Shown here in pieces: positions 56,765-64,000 of a stretch of DNA of 64,000 nucleotides. The DNA is from a virus. Taxonomy: Duplodnaviria; Caudoviricetes. The stretch is from positions 35,351 to 99,350 of the IMG/VR virus record IMGVR_UViG_3300048995_000010; one strand, written 5' to 3'. The notes under the pieces were generated by a model. It had not been told where the DNA came from. It saw only the letters and a list, made by a program, of their open reading frames with translations, and ran no database searches. The stretch's first letter is position 1. Every line of letters begins with the position of its first letter. The position numbers and the translations under genes are program-made.

Positions 56765-57574
56765 ATGTCAAAACTCGCATTTCTAACAGCTATCAGTGTT
56801 ATCGCACAAGACGAACCCAAAAAGAAAAGTGGAGGTGGTGGTGCCCGTAAAGAATGGAATCCTGCATCTGGTCTTACAGTACGCGTATGGAAAGATGGTT
56901 CTGTGTTTCCTTCACAGGATCTGGTAAACTTCTTTGACTTGGCTTACAAAAATCAACCAACTGAAGATGAAATAGCTGCAGCAAAAGAAGCTGGAACTGT
57001 AATTCCAATGGGTTTTGGTTTTGATGTAGCCGATTCTCAGGAGTTCTCTGGTATCCAGGTTCCTCAGCGTTTGCTTATCATCTCTCCTGTAGCTCGTACA
57101 GAAGGTAAAGTTGATCTGTTCGGTAGTGTTACCTACAATAAGATCGACAACACTCCACTGTGCACAGTAATGAACCAGGGTGCTGCTACATTTGGTGAAT
57201 CCTTCCTGGTACCAAAAATCGAAGAGATCTATGGTATCAAGTTTGGTAAGCCTGCCGTAGAAGCTCAGGAAGCTGTTCCTGAAGAAAAGGATGCAGATGG
57301 TAAAGTGACTATTAAAGCCAAACCTGCAGTTGAAGCTCAGGAAGGTGTTGAAGGCCCTGAGTATGTAGACATGGTTCTGTTAGGTCAAGAGGGTGAAGGT
57401 GCAGCTCCATGGACTTTACCTATTGGTAAGACGATTGCTTTCTTCCCTAAGAGATTCACCAAAGGTGAGAAAAGAGGAGAGATGACTATTGCTCGCCGGG
57501 AGAACCCACTGATGTACATCTTCTATCCAAAATCTTTGATAGAAGAAACTGAAGCACCTGCGCCTTCCAACTAA
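56765..57574 (+). CDS. Hypothetical protein with KPAVEAQE internal repeat
   Basis: 269-aa ORF in the replication block. Confidence 0.65.
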   Translation: MSKLAFLTAISVIAQDEPKKKSGGGGARKEWNPASGLTVRVWKDGSVFPSQDLVNFFDLAYKNQPTEDEIAAAKEAGTVIPMGFGFDVADSQEFSGIQVPQRLLIISPVARTEGKVDLFGSVTYNKIDNTPLCTVMNQGAATFGESFLVPKIEEIYGIKFGKPAVEAQEAVPEEKDADGKVTIKAKPAVEAQEGVEGPEYVDMVLLGQEGEGAAPWTLPIGKTIAFFPKRFTKGEKRGEMTIARRENPLMYIFYPKSLIEETEAPAPSN

Positions 57575-57634
57575 GTTGGTATCCTGAATTTTTGATCCGT
57601 TCCTTAATCCCTCAACGTTATAAACAGCACAGTT

Positions 57635-58354
57635 ATGAAGATTCAAGTTGGTATTCATGAAAATGTCATTATCGAGAAAGCTGCCATCAATGACAAAGGT
57701 CGGTTAGTTGTTACACTCAAGCAGAAAGGAGAATCTGAAACGAAAGTGGATGATGATCCTTTTGCACAGATGAATGCATCTGAGGTAATCGAGAAAGAGT
57801 CTGGTAGTGGTATTATCTTCTGGCCATTCAAGGCGCCTGAAGCTAAGAACAAAGAAGGTGTAGAACTCTCAGATCAACAGCGTGGTGAAAGTGCTAATGG
57901 TGATGTTATGCAGTTAAAAAACCAGTTGCAACAGATCCTGGAGCAGTATACTACCAAGGATAATATCAAGTGGTCCCTGTTCGATGGAACTGGTATGACA
58001 AAAGAAACTTACTACCAGGACCTGGCTTCCCAAACAACTCTGGATGTTATCTACCGTAACCTGTGTGAGCAATTTATCGGTACTATGACTCCTTTTTTAA
58101 ACGATGAGAAGTTCGCTGTAAGGTTTAAACTGGTGCGTCAATCCAAAGAGAAACATTACTCTCGTGTCCCAGGTATGTTTATTAAGGACAATCCATTTAT
58201 TGAGTCTATGGATGTTCCAAAAGAGCAGTCCAGGGTTAAATGGACAGACTATGAACTAAAGCAAGGTCTTAATGATGGTACTCCGGTAAGCCGTAACACA
58301 GCGGACCAGGAAGAAGAACCTGCAGAAGGAGATAATGTATTTGGTGGAAGATAA
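57635..58354 (+). CDS. Putative ssDNA-binding protein (crAss-type)
   Basis: GIHENV start; acidic C-terminus; located between ATPase and primase. Confidence 0.55.
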   Translation: MKIQVGIHENVIIEKAAINDKGRLVVTLKQKGESETKVDDDPFAQMNASEVIEKESGSGIIFWPFKAPEAKNKEGVELSDQQRGESANGDVMQLKNQLQQILEQYTTKDNIKWSLFDGTGMTKETYYQDLASQTTLDVIYRNLCEQFIGTMTPFLNDEKFAVRFKLVRQSKEKHYSRVPGMFIKDNPFIESMDVPKEQSRVKWTDYELKQGLNDGTPVSRNTADQEEEPAEGDNVFGGR

Positions 58355-58370
58355 ACTCTGATTTAAGCCT

Positions 58371-59639
58371 ATGGAAGATAACATGTTCTTAATGGGCGAG
58401 AATGAACTATTAGAGGAGGTCGATGAGTACCTCCTCTATTGTTTTTATCTTGGGTTCAACCCAGAATTGAGGGTACGATACAAGTCACCGGCCAGAGATC
58501 CAAGCAATGCAGATGAAAACGCTTCCTGGTCACTCTTCACAAATACGAGTCGCCTCAACAGGGAGTATGCTTGGAAAGACAGTGGGACCGGTGAGTTTGG
58601 AGACATATTCAAGCTGGTCATGATCGTGCTAAACTGCAAAAACAAGGCCACAGCACTAGAGAGGATTAAACAGGACTTCATTTTTGGTAACGGAGTAGAG
58701 ATTGCCAGACAAGGTATATCTGCCCCCAAAGATAAGGATCCTGCCAGAATTCGCCTGAAATCCAGAGCTTTCGATCACCAGGACAAGCAATGGTGGTTGG
58801 AGAGAACAGGTGCAGATGAAGAAATTTTGAATTTTTTCAATGTGAAACGTGTTAAGTATTACTGGATGTATGACAAGCAGAATACCCCCAGCTTTCCCGG
58901 AGATGGAGTATATGCCTATCGGATATATTCTCATTACCAACTTTACTTCCCTCATAGGGATAGAGACTTTAGATTTCGTAATGACTTTTCAGATGACCAC
59001 CTATTAGGATTCGCTCAACTCAAATTTCAGAGTGACACACTTATCATCACCAAGAGCATGAAAGATATTATCACTCTGTATGGTTTGGGATTTGAGGCAG
59101 TTTCTCCACGAGGTGAGCATACACCAATTCCACAGAAGTTTCTGGAGTTCCTGTCAAGTAAGTACAAGAGAATCTTTACTCTATTTGATAATGACGGTAA
59201 GCACCGGGCCTGGGACTATAAGTATCCCTCAATTGAACTGCCCACACCAACCAAAGTTGCAAAAGATCCCAGTGACCATTATCATGTTTTTGGTCCGCAA
59301 GAGACCCAAAATGTAATCAGTCACCTCATTCAAACTCATCCCATGAATGATTTTTCCCATCTCGATTTGAAGAAACCCCGATCTCGTCTGGAGATTGAAG
59401 AACTACTGGACCAGATCTATCTGGGTAAGGTAATCAAGATCCAATATGTAGGTCGTAAGGTAACACAGGTCTGTGGAAAGATCCATAGAATTGCCATGGA
59501 CTTTGATAGTAATGGTGAAGCAATCTGTATCGCTATGATCGAAGACAAGCGGTATGAATTTGCTCTTGCCTATTTCATTCAAAAAGCTCTAATACAACAG
59601 CAAGATGGCTATACACGAAGTACAGGTGACCCAGATTGA
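58371..59639 (+). CDS. DNA primase (TOPRIM) with C-terminal extension
   Basis: SP.RD..S, KDSGTG..GDIF, IITKSMKD, FDND and KDPSD. Confidence 0.85.
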   Translation: MEDNMFLMGENELLEEVDEYLLYCFYLGFNPELRVRYKSPARDPSNADENASWSLFTNTSRLNREYAWKDSGTGEFGDIFKLVMIVLNCKNKATALERIKQDFIFGNGVEIARQGISAPKDKDPARIRLKSRAFDHQDKQWWLERTGADEEILNFFNVKRVKYYWMYDKQNTPSFPGDGVYAYRIYSHYQLYFPHRDRDFRFRNDFSDDHLLGFAQLKFQSDTLIITKSMKDIITLYGLGFEAVSPRGEHTPIPQKFLEFLSSKYKRIFTLFDNDGKHRAWDYKYPSIELPTPTKVAKDPSDHYHVFGPQETQNVISHLIQTHPMNDFSHLDLKKPRSRLEIEELLDQIYLGKVIKIQYVGRKVTQVCGKIHRIAMDFDSNGEAICIAMIEDKRYEFALAYFIQKALIQQQDGYTRSTGDPD

Positions 59640-62394
59640 AGGAGGGTTTACCAAGAAAATTGATAAGGATTCTGAACGGATGATCTTTGATAACCTTCAG
59701 AAAACTCAGTACTCACACCCGGAGAAATCAACAGTCCGGGAACTTGCTTCTAATGGTATCGATGCTATCAGAGAGCGCGATATTGCCAAAAGTATTCTCA
59801 CAGGAAAATCTAAGATAGAAGATCACTTTGTCCAAAGAGAAGGTAGTGAATACTCAAATAGCCAGTTTGATCCAGTCTACTATGATCTCAAATGGCTCAG
59901 TGATGAACCTAGAGTCTTCATCCGGTATATTGAAGGAAGTGCCCTGGAAAAAGACAAGGTTATAATCTCTGACTATGGGGTAGGCCTATATGGCCGGCGC
60001 CTCTCAGGGTACTTTAACCTGGGATTTTCAACTAAGAGACTCTCCCGGTTCGGTCTGGGAAAGTATGGTATAGGGGCTAAGGCAGCTCTCTCTACTGGTG
60101 TTCCTTTCTATACTGTGAGGAACTACTATAATGGTACAGAGAGCCATTTCAATGTATATAACAACCAGGTGGTACCAATTATTCCAAAGTTCAATCTGGA
60201 AACCGGACAGGAGAATCCCTGTTTTGAACTAGAGGGAATTACCTGTCACTACAAAAACACAACCAGGCTCAATGGCCTAGAGGTAGAGCTGGAGGTGAAG
60301 AAGCACCATAAACAGAAGTACATCGATGCTGTAAAGTCACAGCTTCTTTACTTTGACAATGTGGTATTCCAAGTAGAAGCTCACAATGGGACCATGGAGA
60401 CTATACAGGTGAGAGCCAGTATTCTTTATGAAGATGACATCATGATTCTCTCAGATAATCAGATGTATTCTAAACCCCACATTCTGATCAACCGGGTGAA
60501 TTACGGTAATGTGGACTTCCTGGAGCTGGAACTGGAAGACAAGACTGGTAATATCTCTATCAAGTTCAAACCTGAAGAGGTAGACGTTAATCCTTCCAGA
60601 GAACATGTGATGTGGGGGGATCTTACCAGAGAGTCTATCAAAAAGAGATTCCAGGAGGTACAGAAGTCTGCTGAAATTATGCTCCAGAAGGAGCTGCAGG
60701 AAACTGACTTTATGAAGTGGCTGAGAGCCTGTATTGCAGTCAAAAACAAACTGGGTACTGAACAGACTAATACATTAGTTGGACGTCTATCCAAGTTAGT
60801 AGATCTTTCCAACTACTCTCCAAAGTACAAACCAGATCCTCAGTTCATATTGAATGGAATGTTGTTTGCCGGAGTAGCTGTAAGAAAGGTCACTGGGAAA
60901 ATAGAGCGCCGAGGAAGTATGCGTATAATGAGAGTAGACAGGTCCGTAGCTGGATTAACTGATCTGGTGAGTGGTGATATCCCTGTTTTTGTACAGCTGG
61001 GTAATACCAATGTACTGCGGGATCGTTACCTGCTGGAAGATGTTCACCAAGCTGGCTTTGTTACTATCTGGCTCAATGAGACAGAAGTAGAGCAACCTGT
61101 AATCCCGGAAGGTGTTACTGATGAGCAACGACAGGAAATAGAGAAGTCGTATATCCGTAAAAAGGATATGCTTCACAGGCAGGCTCTGGAAGCTGCTTTT
61201 GAACTGAAACTCGTACTTCGAGGGGATTTTATTCCAAGAAAGATTGAAGAGTCTTTTGTGGAAATGATTCTGGAAAGGTGGAGGAAACTCAATTACTATA
61301 TCCTAACCTCAGAAGGTATCAGAATGTACGATGATATTGAAGTGCCGGAAGTCTTCAAGGAAAGAAATAACGGTAAAGAGGAAGATGGTACTATTAGCCG
61401 AGAAGAGGAAGTACAGTCAGAGGAAGCTAAGGTAAGTGCTGAAGCTCGTCGTAAACTTGAGGGTAAGACTATTCTGTTTACACCCCGAATATCTTCCGAT
61501 AAAGATCAGCTTTATGATTGGCATAAGCTGGAAATTCCTGTTGGTAATATTGACAACTGGAATAATTCTGAAGTGTATTACTCCTCGGATGATGACTCTT
61601 CTTTGCTACAACTGGCAGCTTTTATAACGCGTCCTGCAGAAAATATAGCATCGCGTGTACGATATAAAAATGAGGAACTTGTTGCCAGCCCAGAGGGTAA
61701 AGAGATGTACGATTATGACGCTAATGACCGTACTGTAACTATTTCCAAACTTACTGCCTTTGAAGGTCCTATAGAGGTGAAGCTTATTAAGGTAGCCAGA
61801 GACCGGGTGAAGTACTACCGGGATTTCAAACATATTCGTAACTTTTTTGCAGAAGTCACCAAAAACAAAGTGATTACAATGAGCTCAAAGTTGATCAAAT
61901 GGAATACGGCAAGGTATATCTATCAGCATATTGAGAAGCTTGCATTTCTCTCTAATTTCTCTCAGTTCCATGCTGAAAACCATCAAACTTATCACCAGCT
62001 CTACAAGTATATGGTTGACCATTACAGATCTGTTGGTGATTACAAAAACAAGTTCAAGGAGTTGGAGGGAGAAGAATATGATGATATGATCAAGCACATG
62101 GATAAAGTCTCTGAGCTCCAAATCTTTGTTAGTGAAAACAAAGGAGATGCAGAAGCTATTACCAAGGTAGTACAGGAACTTTTTGGTACTGGAACAGAGA
62201 ATCTTATCTCAGATGGTTGTGCACTGGATATGAATATCAGGAACATGCTTCATCAACTCCTGGAGTATGCCGAACCTCTAAGTACAATGTTGAATGAGAT
62301 GCAGGTTCTTACAGCACATCCAACAGGTAATATCGATGAAGATCTGGAAACTGAAATTCGTAACTTCATTGCCTTCAAACAAGCTGGTCACTAA
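59605..62394 (+). CDS. rIIA: rIIA-like GHKL ATPase protein
   Basis: VRELASNGIDA, DYGVG, STKR, GKYGIG and PSRE. Confidence 0.75.
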   Translation: MAIHEVQVTQIEGGFTKKIDKDSERMIFDNLQKTQYSHPEKSTVRELASNGIDAIRERDIAKSILTGKSKIEDHFVQREGSEYSNSQFDPVYYDLKWLSDEPRVFIRYIEGSALEKDKVIISDYGVGLYGRRLSGYFNLGFSTKRLSRFGLGKYGIGAKAALSTGVPFYTVRNYYNGTESHFNVYNNQVVPIIPKFNLETGQENPCFELEGITCHYKNTTRLNGLEVELEVKKHHKQKYIDAVKSQLLYFDNVVFQVEAHNGTMETIQVRASILYEDDIMILSDNQMYSKPHILINRVNYGNVDFLELELEDKTGNISIKFKPEEVDVNPSREHVMWGDLTRESIKKRFQEVQKSAEIMLQKELQETDFMKWLRACIAVKNKLGTEQTNTLVGRLSKLVDLSNYSPKYKPDPQFILNGMLFAGVAVRKVTGKIERRGSMRIMRVDRSVAGLTDLVSGDIPVFVQLGNTNVLRDRYLLEDVHQAGFVTIWLNETEVEQPVIPEGVTDEQRQEIEKSYIRKKDMLHRQALEAAFELKLVLRGDFIPRKIEESFVEMILERWRKLNYYILTSEGIRMYDDIEVPEVFKERNNGKEEDGTISREEEVQSEEAKVSAEARRKLEGKTILFTPRISSDKDQLYDWHKLEIPVGNIDNWNNSEVYYSSDDDSSLLQLAAFITRPAENIASRVRYKNEELVASPEGKEMYDYDANDRTVTISKLTAFEGPIEVKLIKVARDRVKYYRDFKHIRNFFAEVTKNKVITMSSKLIKWNTARYIYQHIEKLAFLSNFSQFHAENHQTYHQLYKYMVDHYRSVGDYKNKFKELEGEEYDDMIKHMDKVSELQIFVSENKGDAEAITKVVQELFGTGTENLISDGCALDMNIRNMLHQLLEYAEPLSTMLNEMQVLTAHPTGNIDEDLETEIRNFIAFKQAGH

Positions 62395-62420
62395 ATTCTT
62401 TAAACACATAAAACAACAGT

Positions 62421-63611
62421 ATGATCCAAATTAGTCGTGTTGGTGACATCATCACCGGTACTGCAAATGGTAAATCCTTCAGTGTAACATACACACAGCA
62501 GAAGTGGGATGCCATGCAGGATATCAAAAGAAGAGCTGGAGAACTCTCTACAATGGCTGAACTCCGTACTCTACTGGAACAGGAATTTGAACCCCTGATG
62601 CATGAGAGTTATAAGGATGTGATTCAATCTCAATCTCCTTATTTACATGTAAACCCTCTGAGCAATCGCTTCTACTTGAAGTATGGCCAGGAAGTATCCA
62701 AAGAACCTCTTCCACAAGTTTTTGTAGATCGTATTCTGGAGTCTACCGAGAAGAACATTGATCCCCGCCCTGTAGTTAAGTGTTGGGCCAGGTTCCTTAG
62801 GAATCCGAACTACTCTACCAGGAAAGCTGAATTGTTCGCGTACTATATCAACCAGAAGTATACTGACGCCAAGCGCCGTGACCAGTATATCAAGGATGGT
62901 ATGAGTTATGAAAGAGCAAATGAACTGGCTACTGGTTACCAGACCCCTATCACTGATGAAGGTCTTATCTGTACTTATAAGGTCTCAGAAGAGATCACTA
63001 AGAAGTATATTGCCGATCCCAATAACGAGGATGAAGTTAAACAGGTAGGCCGCTATCAGATGGAAGTCGATGAGTTTTCCGGTCTGAAAACTTATAAAAC
63101 TCCTGAAGATATAGAGGATCGTATCTTCCTGCCTGCAGTACAAGGTAGAGATGGTGACAAGTTTTCTCAGTCCGAGCCTGATGGTACTTTTGTAGAAGAA
63201 GGGCATCATATCCGTGTAGGTAAAGTTCATGCTCTTAAAGAGTGGAGCATGGTTGATTGTAATGATGACCATTCTTGTGTAAAGGGTCTACACTGTGGTA
63301 ATCTGGATTACATCCGTAGTTACCAGAGTAAAGGCACTGTTACTCACTATGTTTTTGTAGATCCAATGCATATCGGAGCTGTTGTACAAGATAACACTGG
63401 TGCACTGCGTGTGAAACAATATATGGTGTATGCTTCATTTGCTGGTGTTACCAGAAGTCTATATCACAGTGCCACCTATGGGAAATTGACCGATAAGGAA
63501 TATGAAGACCTGGTTCGTGATGTTGTTTCTAAAACTCGTGATGAACAGATCAGCAAACTCAACGAAGAATACAATGCTAAGGCAAGTCTCGTAGGAGATG
63601 GCGGAATATAA
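62421..63611 (+). CDS. rIIB: rIIB-like protein
   Basis: PITDEG..YKV, SCVKGLHCG and VDPMHI; follows rIIA. Confidence 0.75.
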   Translation: MIQISRVGDIITGTANGKSFSVTYTQQKWDAMQDIKRRAGELSTMAELRTLLEQEFEPLMHESYKDVIQSQSPYLHVNPLSNRFYLKYGQEVSKEPLPQVFVDRILESTEKNIDPRPVVKCWARFLRNPNYSTRKAELFAYYINQKYTDAKRRDQYIKDGMSYERANELATGYQTPITDEGLICTYKVSEEITKKYIADPNNEDEVKQVGRYQMEVDEFSGLKTYKTPEDIEDRIFLPAVQGRDGDKFSQSEPDGTFVEEGHHIRVGKVHALKEWSMVDCNDDHSCVKGLHCGNLDYIRSYQSKGTVTHYVFVDPMHIGAVVQDNTGALRVKQYMVYASFAGVTRSLYHSATYGKLTDKEYEDLVRDVVSKTRDEQISKLNEEYNAKASLVGDGGI

Positions 63612-63700
63612 TTTTCAGTGATCAGAGCGCGTATGAACAAAGTGGTGCTCCAACTTTGGGGCACCACCTATTTTGACCCACCAAAAATAGAACCAAACCT

Positions 63701-64000
63701 ATGGCAACTAACGGAAAACGCAATAGAGATGCTGGGCATCAGTACGAGAAAGATGAGGTAAAAAAACACTCTAAATTCTTCAAAAATCTAGCTACTACCA
63801 GGGCATGCAATAGAAGTAGAGATGCCTGTGGTATTGACATTTGTACACAGGATGAACTCCAGGATGGAAGATTACCCATCGATATCTCTTGTAAATCTTC
63901 TATAAGTGCTAGTATTCCTTACATCAAGTATCTGGAAAAGATGAAAACCGAGTCTCCTAGAATTGGAGTGGTACTTCATCGACGCACAAAGAAACCAGCT
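63701..64000 (+). CDS. Holliday junction resolvase-like PD-(D/E)XK nuclease (partial)
   Basis: MATNGKRNRDAGHQYE...DACGID...ISCK read directly; runs off the window. Confidence 0.6.
   Translation, partial: MATNGKRNRDAGHQYEKDEVKKHSKFFKNLATTRACNRSRDACGIDICTQDELQDGRLPIDISCKSSISASIPYIKYLEKMKTESPRIGVVLHRRTKKPA

Larger units (their letters stand above)
524..63357. repeat. Dispersed octamer CAAAAACA/TGTTTTTG (~70 copies)
   Basis: Manual scan; for example near 524, 3814, 21504, 29854, 36631, 42316, 52971 and 52982, 62043. Confidence 0.85.

Noticed and set aside
57249-57345. KPAVEAQE duplicated peptide as a mobile or regulatory repeat
   Set aside because: Short low-complexity linker duplication within a CDS
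59605-63611. MORC/Hsp90-type defence system
   Set aside because: A GHKL protein followed by a GLHCG-motif protein is the ordinary rIIA/rIIB pair
1-64000. Stop-codon reassignment (TAG or TGA), known in some Crassvirales
   Set aside because: Core genes are full length in code 11, MCP and TerL end in TAG, others end in TGA, and no suppressor tRNA is seen

Overview
This window is a 64-kb segment of a crAss-like (Crassvirales-type) lytic phage using the standard genetic code. It probably infects an environmental Bacteroidota host; Chitinophagaceae/Cytophagales-like protein motifs and TAnnTTTG-type promoters point that way. Positions 1-24.1 kb (minus strand) hold the virion and packaging block (ring proteins, IHF/HU-like proteins, MCP, putative scaffold, portal, TerL), lysis-type membrane genes, an Acb2/Tad1-like sponge candidate, an SGNH-containing spike-like protein, an RNase AS-like exonuclease and an HNH nuclease. 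Positions 24.3-64 kb (plus strand) hold many small early/middle genes and then the replication block (ThyX, UDG, PolA, dNMP kinase, SF1/SF2/DnaB helicases, Sak4-like ATPase, SSB-like protein, primase, rIIA/rIIB, resolvase). The most striking content is non-coding: (1) a head-to-tail array of six end-paired RNAs at 29.2-29.8 kb, including tRNA mimics with no anticodon arm; (2) a second RNA locus at 43.4-45.7 kb with two tRNAs whose anticodon loops are corrupted, a ~1-kb GOLLD/raiA-like ornate RNA containing nested tRNA-like modules, and a mini-tmRNA-like element, all surrounding a RyR-domain gene; (3) a hairpin family with GTCTAC-type loops preceded by U-rich segments antisense to translation starts; (4) the 8-mer CAAAAACA, found about 70 times on both strands against roughly 4 expected. 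All counts and foldings were done by eye, and family assignments come from recalled motifs, not searches.
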